From the NCBI GenBank assembly GCA_965367815.1, contig CBDUKN010000003.1, positions 103,649-167,648 of the forward strand: DNA of 64,000 nucleotides. The letters are read 5' to 3'. Each line of letters begins with the position of its first letter. Within the stretch, counting starts at the first letter, position 1. A program made the translations under genes and the position numbers. Below are positions 10,559 through 20,162 of this stretch, in pieces. Under the pieces are notes generated by a model. That model ran no database searches, had not been told where the DNA came from, and saw only the letters and a program-made list of their open reading frames with translations. The DNA is from an uncultured Thermoprotei archaeon (lineage in GTDB: Archaea > Thermoproteota > Thermoprotei > Thermofilales > B15-G2).

Positions 10559-12610
10559 GTGAAGAAAAAGCTGGCTATCGTTTTATTCTCATTAATTGCA
10601 CTAGCTTTATGTGCAATATACTTTACTCAACAATATTTTCTCCCGAGGAAAGAGCATAAAGTAACTATAATCAGGGATATCTACGGTATACCGCACATCT
10701 ACGGCGAGACAGACGCCGACGTAATGTTTGGATTCGGCTACGCTCAAGCAGAAGACCACTTGCTGGACATGATATTCAATTACCTTACTGCTACAGGCAG
10801 ACTCTCCGAATTCTACGGCAAGAAGTATCTGAAAAGCGATTTCATTGTACACTTATTTGGTGTCCCCGAGGCGGCTTCAAAGTACCGTGAGCAGCTTTCA
10901 GGCGAAGTAATAGAGCTAATTGAAGCATTTTACTGCGGAGTAAACAAGTATATTGAAGAGCACTTAAACGAGCTTCCAGCCGAACTACAGTCCTACAGAG
11001 TTACTGTAAAAGATGTAGTAGCTTGGTGCTACTATATCCAGCTTTCGAGGCCATTGGGAGACGCTTTCAAAGAGCTTAATGTAAGCATAGGTTATAAGAT
11101 TCCATTAGTCGCCGACTACTCTAATGAGTGTGCTTTAGCTCCCTGGAAAACAGCAGTTAACGCAACAATGCTGCTAGGAGACCCTCATCTGCCTTGGTAC
11201 GGTATGAACAGGTGGTATGAAGCACATCTCATTGGAGACAAGCTCAATGTCTATGGAGCAACTTTCTACGGAGTACCCTTCATAATAATAGGTTTTAACG
11301 ATAAAATAGCATGGACTTTCACAAGAAACAGTGTAGACCTCGCAGACATTTTCATAGAAAAACTCAATCCAAGTGATCCCCGAAAATACTTAATTGGAAA
11401 TAAGTGGCTTGAACTTAAAGAAAAAATTATTGAAATAAGAGTAAAAACTAGCAGCGGATACGAGTACTATAAGCAGAAAGTCTATTACTCAATACACGGA
11501 CCAGTAGTCCACGTAGACTTAGAGAGACTTAAAGCATACAGCGTAGCACTAGAAGGAATAGAAGTACTAACTTTCATAGAGCAGCTCTACCGAATGAATA
11601 CTGCGAGAAACCTAAAAGAATTCATCAGCGCTCTAAAGCTCAGAGGAGTTCTTCTATGGAATATTCTCTACGCCGACGTAGAAGGCAACATCTTCTACCT
11701 ATACAACGCCAGAATACACGTTAAATCAGAGAAATACCACCCAGAAAAACCTAGACCCGGGTGGCTTGAGGATGCTCAGTGGGGCGAAACATACCCCTTC
11801 GAGAAACTACCCTCAATACTCAACCCTAAGTCAGGCTTTATTCAAAATAATAACGTCGCGCCGTGGAATACTACAGTAGACCACGGACTAAATCCAGCAG
11901 ACTACCCTGTCTACCTAGTTGAAGGAAGAGGAACTAATGATAGAGGTATAAGAGCATTCAATGTACTCAAAGAAGCACGCAACTTCACAGTAGAAGACGC
12001 GCTAGCTTTAGCGACAGACACTTATCTAATTAGAGCAGAAAAATACATACCGCTAATACTTGAAGCAGCTAAAAACAAGAGTCTTTCAGGAGAATTAAAG
12101 AAGGCAGTAGAGCTTCTCGGAGAATGGGACTACAGAGCAGACGCTAATTCAACAGCCATAACTATTTTCTACTACTGGTGGAAGTACTACACTAAAACCG
12201 GCGACATTTGGGAGAGCTTGGTGAAAGCCGTAGACTTTATTAAAAGAAATTATGGTCGAATTGAAGTAAAGTGGGGTGAGGTACACGTAATAGAGAGAGG
12301 AGGTGTGAGACTGCCTTTATCAGGTGGAACAAAAGGCTTGCCGGCACTATGGATGGCTACGGGGCCCGTGAAAAACAACATTATGGTATGTAACAGCGGG
12401 TCGTCTTTTACAATGCTAGTAGTATTGAAGAAAAATAATGTTACGGCATATACGCTCATACCCTATGGCGAAAGCGAGGATCCTTCATCAAAGCACTACA
12501 TGGACCAAATGTTCCTTAAAAGCAGATCAAAGCTCAAGAAAGTATTCTTTTACTATAATGAAGTAGTGAAGTATTCAGAGAGAACAACAGTACTTTACTT
12601 TAAGAGCTAG
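10559..12610 (+). CDS. Penicillin/AHL acylase family Ntn hydrolase (S45), signal-anchored
   Basis: IIRDIYGIPHIYG, FGFGYAQAED, beta-chain start SNECALAP, LLGDPHLPW, WYEAHL, NILYADVEGNI, YGESEDPSSKHYMDQ; N-terminal hydrophobic helix. Confidence 0.92.
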   Translation: MKKKLAIVLFSLIALALCAIYFTQQYFLPRKEHKVTIIRDIYGIPHIYGETDADVMFGFGYAQAEDHLLDMIFNYLTATGRLSEFYGKKYLKSDFIVHLFGVPEAASKYREQLSGEVIELIEAFYCGVNKYIEEHLNELPAELQSYRVTVKDVVAWCYYIQLSRPLGDAFKELNVSIGYKIPLVADYSNECALAPWKTAVNATMLLGDPHLPWYGMNRWYEAHLIGDKLNVYGATFYGVPFIIIGFNDKIAWTFTRNSVDLADIFIEKLNPSDPRKYLIGNKWLELKEKIIEIRVKTSSGYEYYKQKVYYSIHGPVVHVDLERLKAYSVALEGIEVLTFIEQLYRMNTARNLKEFISALKLRGVLLWNILYADVEGNIFYLYNARIHVKSEKYHPEKPRPGWLEDAQWGETYPFEKLPSILNPKSGFIQNNNVAPWNTTVDHGLNPADYPVYLVEGRGTNDRGIRAFNVLKEARNFTVEDALALATDTYLIRAEKYIPLILEAAKNKSLSGELKKAVELLGEWDYRADANSTAITIFYYWWKYYTKTGDIWESLVKAVDFIKRNYGRIEVKWGEVHVIERGGVRLPLSGGTKGLPALWMATGPVKNNIMVCNSGSSFTMLVVLKKNNVTAYTLIPYGESEDPSSKHYMDQMFLKSRSKLKKVFFYYNEVVKYSERTTVLYFKS

Positions 12611-12690
12611 CGCAGGAGTAGAGATTTCTTTGATACCTAGAAATACTTGATACATAGAAAAGTTAATATTTATGAATTTCGGTAGGGTGA

Positions 12691-15600
12691 TTGATGTTAA
12701 ACAAGAGTAAAGCGACTTCTTTACTTCTAGCAACTCTACTTGTATTCGGCTTCTATTACGCTGAAGCTGTTCTCTCTCAGCCCAACATACTTAAGCTCCT
12801 CGCTGGATCCTGGAGAGCAACTAAAGCTGGCTGGATAATAGTTCACATAGAAGGAGACCCCTACAGAAGAGGTTTCCAGCACGGCTACTGGCTGGCAGAC
12901 GAAATAGTAGAGTCTATTGGCGCACTCAAGCTATACCTTCAACACTACCACGGTATTTCCTGGAAACAGGCAGTAAATCTCTCGGTTAGCTTAATGTGGT
13001 CTAAAGTCCCTGCAGAGCTTCAGAGCGAAATCTTCGGCATAGCAGATGGAGTAAGAATAAGAGGCTACGATATTACTTGGAAAGATATTTTTACAAGCAA
13101 TGCTTTCATGGACCTCGAAAGCTACCTTAATTCAAGGCGCCTCAGTAGTACTTCACACTACTTGTTCCTAGAGCTCCACTCAAGGTGCTCCGGCTTCATA
13201 GCCACGGGAAGCGCTACTAAAGACGGAGGAATAGTAGTAGCCCACAATACTTGGTTTGCGTACTTCGTAGCCAGGTACTTCAATGTATTCATACACATTA
13301 AGCCCGATAAAGGCTACGAAATCTTCATGCAGAGCTTTCCCGGCTACATGTGGAGCGGCACAGACTGGTACATAACTAGTGCAGGGCTAGTTATATCTGA
13401 GACAACTATCTCTATGTCGCTTTTCAATGAGTCAGGAATACCTGTATTCGTTAGAGCGAGAATGGCCGCCCAGTACGCGTCCAGTATAGACGAGTGGGTA
13501 AACATAATGCTCACAGGAAACAACGGAGCATACTCCAATAGATGGTACCTCGGAGACATCAAAACAGGTGAAATAGCTGTAGTAGAAATAGGGCTCTCAA
13601 CTTATGCAATCAACAGAACCAAAAACGGGTACTTCGTTTCAACAAACATGGCTGTCAACCCGAAAGTAGCACAGGAGACAAGAAGTCTCTGCAGAAGCCT
13701 CGTCTGCAGCGGGTACGCCAGGTACGTGCGCCTTAATCAGCTTTTTGAAGAATACTACGGTAAAATAGACCTTGAGCTAGCTAAGAAGTTTATTTCAGAC
13801 GACTACGACGTCTACCTTCAGAAAAAGACTCCTACTCATCGAACAGTAAGCATGTGCGGTGAAGTAATTGGAACTCCGTGGGGAGCAGTAGACGCGAAAG
13901 TAGCAGACTCTAGTTTAATTAAGAAGCTTCAAACACTAGCTATTTGGGGTCACCCGAACAAAATGGCTTTCGATGCTGAAGATTTTCTCAAAAAGAACCC
14001 CAAGTGGAGCTGGCAGAAAGACTACTTAGTAGATTTCCCATCTAATGAGTGGGTTCTTCTCGAGCCTTCACCTAAAGTAGGCAATTTAGCTGAACTCGAA
14101 ATAGGAGTAGAGAAAGCTAAAGAGTACTTGTCAAAAGCAGTAAGTGAACTAGCTACACTGAGATCAGTAGGCATTTACTTAAAGAGACTCGAAGACCAGG
14201 CTAGCTACGCCGCCAGCTTACTTGATGAAGCGCGGAATTTAAGCGAAATAGGCGACATGTACTCTTCAGTTGTTCTTTCCCTTAGAGTAATAGCTATCTC
14301 TAAAACAATTACTAAGATGTGTGAAGTACTGGAAACGCAAGCAATATCTTCTTTGCCTCTGTACACATTTCTAGCAGCAATACCTATTGTTTCCCTACCG
14401 AAAGTACTTGTAGAAGAAAAAGCTAGTAGAAAAACAAGAATAGCAGTAGCTGCAGTTCTCACAATAATAATATTTTTGCTACATCCTGGAGCTCTGCTAG
14501 CCTTAAAGAAAACAGAGTACAGTGTATTCTATGACTCCCTGCTATGGTTTATTTTCGCTGCAGTATTCTTCTACACGCTAGTAGAGCTACTTCCATCTAA
14601 AGCTCCAGAAAAACCCAATCCAAGTGGATTCCAGCTACTATCAGCTTTCTTCGCGTACCTAAATATGAGCTTCCGGAACTTCAGAAAACGCAAACTCCGC
14701 TTCTTCTTAACGCTCACTACAATAGTTCTAGCTCTATCAGGTATACTGGCTTTTACTTCAACTGAAGTAAGCCCGGGCCCAATGCTACTAGAAAGTATGC
14801 CGAGCGGTACTTGTGAAAACTTTATTGTAGTTAGGGGAAGAAGCTACCGGCCAGTACCTTCAAGTATACTCGACTTAACTAAAGACCTTCCGCACACGGA
14901 AATAAGGTACGGCACCGGAATATCTTCGTACTACAGAGCTAGAGTCTACTTGCCTAAAGGAAGAGTATGGTTCTACGGAATACTAGCTGTTGAAGACAAG
15001 TACACTTCCAGTATGCTGAAGAAATATATTGTTGAGGGAAGACTGCCGGAGAACTCGGGTGAAATAGCACTACCTTCATATACTAAAAACTATGGAGCAA
15101 AGCTAGGCTCTAAGATAACAGTATACATTGGAGGCGCGGGCTGGTATAAGCTCACAATAGTAGGCTTCTTCAGCAATAAGATAAACGAAATAAAAGATGT
15201 CGACTTAAAGTCGCCGCTACCCTACTACATTGAAACAATATATACTGAAGGAGGAACAATTTACAGAACTAGGCCAGTCGACGGAGACCGCTTAATAATA
15301 GTATCCAGCAAAGACGTCGGCAGATTCAATTTAAGAATACTGTCAGTGCTCATACCGACGACTTCTATGGAAGACAGCTACAGGCTAATGAAAATTATAC
15401 TAGACTCTGTACCCGACGTCGCAGTATACGTTGTCGGCGGAGGCTGGGTCAAAGGCTTCGTTAAAGCGGAAGTAATGAAGCTTAGAGGAGGAGAAGCAAT
15501 AGTACTGCTAATCTTCGCGGGCTTAATGATGTTCGCCACAATGTCTGCGTCGCTGTACGAGAGGCTAGATGAGCTCAGAACAATGTCTGTTCTAGGGCTA

Positions 15601-16293
15601 TCTCCGACACAGCTCCAAGTACTAGGCCTCACAGAAGACTTTATCTACGCCCTCCTCACAACACCTTTCTCCTTCATAGTAGGAATGTTTCTCAGCACTA
15701 CTGCAGCCTACATGGGCGTAGAAGTATTAGCCTACAAGTTCTCCGCAACGTCGGCAGCAATGGTCTTCTTCTTCTCCTTCGTAATATGTGTTCTAGCATC
15801 CTATCCCGCTATCAGAAAAGCCTCTGTAGCAGCCACACCTTCACTTGAGCTGAAGTGGAAGCTCGAAGCAAAGAAAGTCAAAGGCTACAGAGGCCTACCG
15901 CTCTTCATAATAAATGTCCCCATAAGGTTCCCTGAAAAAGAAATAGACGAGGTTCTGAAAAATGTCGTCTCATACTTCAAGAGAGCTTTTAGCGAATATG
16001 GTGTTTTCGAGAGAGTAGACAATATAAGCTACGAAAAGAAGCCTGACGAAAGAGTGCTCAAATTCAGGTACATGAGAATGAGCGAAAGAGACTTCGAAGT
16101 AGAAATCAAAGTAGTGGCCAAGAAAATACTAGAGGAAGACAGACCATACTACAAAATGACAATATACCTTCAGCAGCTCGGCGCAGGAGCAGGCTACCGC
16201 GAATTCAACTACAGAGTGCTCTCAATGGTAAGAGAAGTGCTCCTTAAAAGTAGAGTACTGAGTTCTAAAGGCTACAAGCTTTTCAGAGACTAG
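12691..16293 (+). CDS. Fusion: signal peptide, phospholipase-B-like/C45 Ntn cysteine hydrolase, helical bundle, MacB/FtsX-type permease, C-terminal soluble domain
   Basis: HIEGDPYRRGFQHG, nucleophile RCSGFIATG, AHNTW; NFRKRKLRFFLT, EGRLP and YERLDELRTMSVLGLSP MacB/FtsX motifs. Confidence 0.85.
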   Translation: MMLNKSKATSLLLATLLVFGFYYAEAVLSQPNILKLLAGSWRATKAGWIIVHIEGDPYRRGFQHGYWLADEIVESIGALKLYLQHYHGISWKQAVNLSVSLMWSKVPAELQSEIFGIADGVRIRGYDITWKDIFTSNAFMDLESYLNSRRLSSTSHYLFLELHSRCSGFIATGSATKDGGIVVAHNTWFAYFVARYFNVFIHIKPDKGYEIFMQSFPGYMWSGTDWYITSAGLVISETTISMSLFNESGIPVFVRARMAAQYASSIDEWVNIMLTGNNGAYSNRWYLGDIKTGEIAVVEIGLSTYAINRTKNGYFVSTNMAVNPKVAQETRSLCRSLVCSGYARYVRLNQLFEEYYGKIDLELAKKFISDDYDVYLQKKTPTHRTVSMCGEVIGTPWGAVDAKVADSSLIKKLQTLAIWGHPNKMAFDAEDFLKKNPKWSWQKDYLVDFPSNEWVLLEPSPKVGNLAELEIGVEKAKEYLSKAVSELATLRSVGIYLKRLEDQASYAASLLDEARNLSEIGDMYSSVVLSLRVIAISKTITKMCEVLETQAISSLPLYTFLAAIPIVSLPKVLVEEKASRKTRIAVAAVLTIIIFLLHPGALLALKKTEYSVFYDSLLWFIFAAVFFYTLVELLPSKAPEKPNPSGFQLLSAFFAYLNMSFRNFRKRKLRFFLTLTTIVLALSGILAFTSTEVSPGPMLLESMPSGTCENFIVVRGRSYRPVPSSILDLTKDLPHTEIRYGTGISSYYRARVYLPKGRVWFYGILAVEDKYTSSMLKKYIVEGRLPENSGEIALPSYTKNYGAKLGSKITVYIGGAGWYKLTIVGFFSNKINEIKDVDLKSPLPYYIETIYTEGGTIYRTRPVDGDRLIIVSSKDVGRFNLRILSVLIPTTSMEDSYRLMKIILDSVPDVAVYVVGGGWVKGFVKAEVMKLRGGEAIVLLIFAGLMMFATMSASLYERLDELRTMSVLGLSPTQLQVLGLTEDFIYALLTTPFSFIVGMFLSTTAAYMGVEVLAYKFSATSAAMVFFFSFVICVLASYPAIRKASVAATPSLELKWKLEAKKVKGYRGLPLFIINVPIRFPEKEIDEVLKNVVSYFKRAFSEYGVFERVDNISYEKKPDERVLKFRYMRMSERDFEVEIKVVAKKILEEDRPYYKMTIYLQQLGAGAGYREFNYRVLSMVREVLLKSRVLSSKGYKLFRD

Positions 16294-16328
16294 AAGATTA
16301 ATTTAAGACAGCTGTTTTTAATTACTCG

Positions 16329-18242
16329 ATGAATAAAACCAAGTATTTATATACACTAGTAGCTTTACTGGCATTGAGTATATTTCTAAACGCCTTCTTA
16401 GCTGCACAGCCCATACCAAAGCTATTTTTCTGCAGAAGCAAGTCGTCGTTTTTAACACTAGTACCTGTTTCAGCGGCTACAGATACGCTCTTAATTCTGA
16501 GCGCCAACAGCTCTGAGGAAGCAGTACTCATAGCTAACTTCAAGAAGTACTACAGCGCTGAAGTAGTCGAAGCACCAGAAAATCCCCTTAAAATAGCTTT
16601 CTCGACATTAGGCACAAGTACAATAATTTTCGCTAACGTCAGCTCTCTGAAAAGCGTTCTCTACGGAGCATACTTAGCTGGAATACTCAAAAAACCTGTA
16701 GTTTTCTGCCGCGAATACAGAGTATTCAGCCAGTACTTAGCTCAGTACTCTCCCAAGAAAATATACCTAGTAGAGCTCTCTTGGAAAACAAGTGTAGAAG
16801 CGGTCTACTTCAAGAAAAGCGAAGCCGTAGTAGACTATGTCCTAAAAGAAAACCTCGCTAGAAAATTCATTGTCGTAACTAATCTAGGAGACGAGTACGC
16901 TGTAGTAGCCCCGTACTACGCTGCAATTAAAAAAGCAGTACTCTATGTATCAAGCGACGTCACTAAAGACGAGAAGCTAGTAGAGCTCATTAAGAGAGTA
17001 GAACCAGAGTACGTAGTATACATTGCTTCCCTAAAGTACCTTAAGGGAGAAAAATATAGCACTATCAAAGACATCTACGGAGCATGCCTCAAAGGATTCG
17101 ACAAAGACTACTTAATTCCAGCAGTATCTCTTCTCTCAGGAATAAGCATATTCGATGTCACTATGCTTATTGCTAAAGCAAAACTATACAACTTAGCTAA
17201 AGGAGACTGGAAGCATAGAGTAGCTCAAATCTACATGTATAACTCGTGGCCAATAGCAGTAAAGATGGCCTGGCTTCTCAAAATGTGCAATTACAGCGTA
17301 GTGTGGGTGTCATCAAACTTTAAGGGAACAAACTTGACTGCTGCAGACGTAAGCAAAGTGCTTAGAGAAAGCGGAGTACTAACTTACATAAACTTACATG
17401 GATCCCCTTACTCTATGGCTCCTACGACAGCAGGTCCCTCAGTCATAACTCCTCGCACACTACCGCTTCTTCCTCCGACAGTAGTCTTCACTCTATCGTG
17501 TAGCACATGCGACTTCCAAGAACTGATCAGTGCCGAAAAAAGCATAGCTTTTAGCTTCATTAGAATGGGGGCATTAGCCTACATAGGCTCACTTTACGTC
17601 GAGCTCGGAGGAGCAGAAACAAGTACAGCTCACCCAGAGCTACTGCTCATAAGTATTCTCAAGGGAAAAACTCTAGGAGAAGCAGTAAAATACGTGCTAA
17701 ATCTCCACATAGGAGAGAGGAAGGAAAAAGATATTGCAGCTAGAATACACGCAGTACTCATAGGAGACCCCGAGCTAAAAACATTCCCCAACGTAAATCT
17801 CTCCCTCTACAAGTTTAGAGTACTAGAAAAGAACAGGAAATTCGAAATAGTTCTAACTAAATCGACTACAGTAGTCTTCATAGACGAAATTGTCGTCAAC
17901 GCTAAGAAAGAAGACATTAAGAAAATAGATATTCAGGGGCAGAGCGTACTCAGGTGGATTGTATACGAAGAGAAAGGTAGTAAAACAAGAATATTGGTAT
18001 TCTTGTCTAGAGCTTTCTCAGAAATGGGCAATATTGTTGCTGGCGAGAAATTCATTATAACGATATATTATAAGAACCCTATGGCCCAGTACATGATAGT
18101 CTTAATAATTCTCCTAGTAGCATTATTTATAGCTGCAATAATACTAAAAGAAAGAATGAAAGCCAAGAAAACTCGAACGCGTTCAGTAGAGACCGGGCTG
18201 GATCGCTTGCCATGCGAAGGTGATACCAGTGCCCAGCGCTAG
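16329..18242 (+). CDS. Membrane-anchored gingipain-like peptidase (C25, clan CD)
   Basis: His-Gly YINLHGSP, Cys TLSCST, GALAYIGS, TLGEA, LIGDP; signal peptide and C-terminal TM helix; overlaps the convergent gene by 60 nt. Confidence 0.75.
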   Translation: MNKTKYLYTLVALLALSIFLNAFLAAQPIPKLFFCRSKSSFLTLVPVSAATDTLLILSANSSEEAVLIANFKKYYSAEVVEAPENPLKIAFSTLGTSTIIFANVSSLKSVLYGAYLAGILKKPVVFCREYRVFSQYLAQYSPKKIYLVELSWKTSVEAVYFKKSEAVVDYVLKENLARKFIVVTNLGDEYAVVAPYYAAIKKAVLYVSSDVTKDEKLVELIKRVEPEYVVYIASLKYLKGEKYSTIKDIYGACLKGFDKDYLIPAVSLLSGISIFDVTMLIAKAKLYNLAKGDWKHRVAQIYMYNSWPIAVKMAWLLKMCNYSVVWVSSNFKGTNLTAADVSKVLRESGVLTYINLHGSPYSMAPTTAGPSVITPRTLPLLPPTVVFTLSCSTCDFQELISAEKSIAFSFIRMGALAYIGSLYVELGGAETSTAHPELLLISILKGKTLGEAVKYVLNLHIGERKEKDIAARIHAVLIGDPELKTFPNVNLSLYKFRVLEKNRKFEIVLTKSTTVVFIDEIVVNAKKEDIKKIDIQGQSVLRWIVYEEKGSKTRILVFLSRAFSEMGNIVAGEKFIITIYYKNPMAQYMIVLIILLVALFIAAIILKERMKAKKTRTRSVETGLDRLPCEGDTSAQR

Positions 18243-20105
18243 AGCTAGGCTTCCTCCAGCCCAGATTCCTGCAACTATGCTCAATAGGTAGTTTCTGGTC
18301 CACTCGTCTCCTTTTTTCCTCCTGATTATTTCTTTAATTATCCAGCCTATAAACGGCGAAGTAACTGAGCTCGGTAGAGCGCCTATACCCCAAGCTAAAC
18401 CTATAGTAGACAGTACAGATGAAAGGAATGGCACTAGTTCCCACACTACTCCGAAAATGAATCCTGCTATTAGCCAGTCTGGCCTAATGTAAGTGAATTT
18501 CTTTGTAATGAACATTACTAGCATCGCGGCGTCAGGGTAGAATGTTGGTGCTGGAAGTATACGTGAGGGGATGTCGTAGAGGTGCCAGAAGAGGTAGCCG
18601 AAGAACAGTCCGCTGATGCTAGCCATTATTCCTCCGATGACGTGTGCCTTGATAATGCTCATAGGCTTTGTTCTAGTGAGCTCAGCTGCCTTGAAGCCTA
18701 TGCAGATTAATCCAGGGTCGCCTGTTACACCTGGACCTCCTAGGAACGGCAGGAACCATCCTTCTACACCGTTGTAGAAGGCTATTAGTAGGGCTTGCTG
18801 AGCATACGGAATTGTTATACCTGAACCCATTAAGCCCGCGAAACGCCCAGCGCTCAGCGAGTTTACTAGTGCTAGACCTATTGTAATAGTCGGTATAAGC
18901 CATACTGGGAGATTGTCGTCGGGGTAGAACGTTATATCTACTATGTAGCTTAGTATACAGAGTCCAAGCGAGCCTATAAGCCACACTATTATACACTTCT
19001 TAGCAGACCATATTCCAAGCTCGCTTTCCTGCTCTTTGCTCAGCGAGAAAATACTCATTATTCCTTTAACAACGCCCTTAATGTTCTTGACGAAGGGCAC
19101 TATTGCTGCAGCAACAGTTATTCCAATACTAATGCTTAGCCAGAAGTGGAGCATTGTCTCCATCCACACGCCTGTTAGACCAGGCCCCATCATCGGTGTA
19201 CCTGGCTTCCACTTGTAGAGCCCTAGTCTCACTAGGATATTGTTTCCAAAAATCATTGTAGCTACGTAGCTTACTACAGCGCCGTAGATTACTGCGTCAG
19301 GTATAATCATTCCAATGCTTATAGCCAGAATATCGGCAGTAAAGCTCAGTGTTGCTCCGAAGAGAGGAGTATAGTCAAACATTGTTGTTAAGTCGATGTG
19401 TGTCGGGAAAATCTGTATTGGAACAGGGGATCCTGTAATAACCATTAGCAGAGCTGGGGCAATATAGTAGGCTGTTCCGTAGAGAAATGCTATGAATGCT
19501 GAGAGACAGAAGATTTCATATCTCTTCGACTCGCCTTCCTCGGCTGCCAGGCTTTTAGCTAGCTCGGCTGCTAGAGCACCGGTTGGGAATGGAAGTTTCT
19601 CGATTTCAATGAAGATCTGTCTCATTAGGAAGGATAAGCCTACTAAGACGAGTATGCTGAAAGGTAGGCCTATGTAGCCTAGTGTAATTGGGAGAATCCA
19701 GTCTGGGTGGAAGATTGTTCTCTGTATTAAGGCGGGCGAGTTCGCTGGAGGTACTACGTATATAGGTATTTTGTCTGCTATGCCTGCCTGCCTAGTTATG
19801 GGAGATTTTCTCAAGAAGACGTTGTACGCTATTCCTGTTACAGCGCCTACTGCGGCGCTAGCGCCCCACCTTATTGTAGCTAGCTCGCTTTCGCTAAGGG
19901 GGCTTCTCATGAGTCTGGCGAGTTCTCCGAAAATAACCATTGTGACGTAGGCGGCGTAAATAGGGCCTACGCCTATTCCTGTCGATAAAAGAACCCAGCC
20001 GAAGGCTGGGGTCATTATTAGGCTGCTGAAAATCATTGCGAGAATAACTCTGTCAGTAAATCCTTCTCTGAGACCAGTTACGCTGGCTTCAGTCTTACCT
20101 GACAT
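18183..20105 (-). CDS. OPT-superfamily-like oligopeptide transporter
   Basis: Polytopic membrane protein; GFTDRVIL N-terminus, LSESEL, IEIEKLPFPTG, YDIPSRILPAP, IVAGIWAGGSL. Confidence 0.75.
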   Translation of the reverse strand: MSGKTEASVTGLREGFTDRVILAMIFSSLIMTPAFGWVLLSTGIGVGPIYAAYVTMVIFGELARLMRSPLSESELATIRWGASAAVGAVTGIAYNVFLRKSPITRQAGIADKIPIYVVPPANSPALIQRTIFHPDWILPITLGYIGLPFSILVLVGLSFLMRQIFIEIEKLPFPTGALAAELAKSLAAEEGESKRYEIFCLSAFIAFLYGTAYYIAPALLMVITGSPVPIQIFPTHIDLTTMFDYTPLFGATLSFTADILAISIGMIIPDAVIYGAVVSYVATMIFGNNILVRLGLYKWKPGTPMMGPGLTGVWMETMLHFWLSISIGITVAAAIVPFVKNIKGVVKGIMSIFSLSKEQESELGIWSAKKCIIVWLIGSLGLCILSYIVDITFYPDDNLPVWLIPTITIGLALVNSLSAGRFAGLMGSGITIPYAQQALLIAFYNGVEGWFLPFLGGPGVTGDPGLICIGFKAAELTRTKPMSIIKAHVIGGIMASISGLFFGYLFWHLYDIPSRILPAPTFYPDAAMLVMFITKKFTYIRPDWLIAGFIFGVVWELVPFLSSVLSTIGLAWGIGALPSSVTSPFIGWIIKEIIRRKKGDEWTRNYLLSIVAGIWAGGSLALALGTGITFAWQAIQPGLY

Positions 20106-20109
20106 TATC

Positions 20110-20152
20110 TCACCAGACCGAAAAAGAGTGCTTTTGAAAGTATTTAAGTTTT
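20110..20152 (-). promoter_or_regulatory. BRE/TATA promoter and GGTGA ribosome site of the OPT-like gene
   Basis: Minus strand reads AAAACTTAAATA at 20152-20141 and GGTGA at 20114-20110, ahead of ATG 20105. Confidence 0.55.
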
Positions 20153-20162
20153 CCTATAAGAG

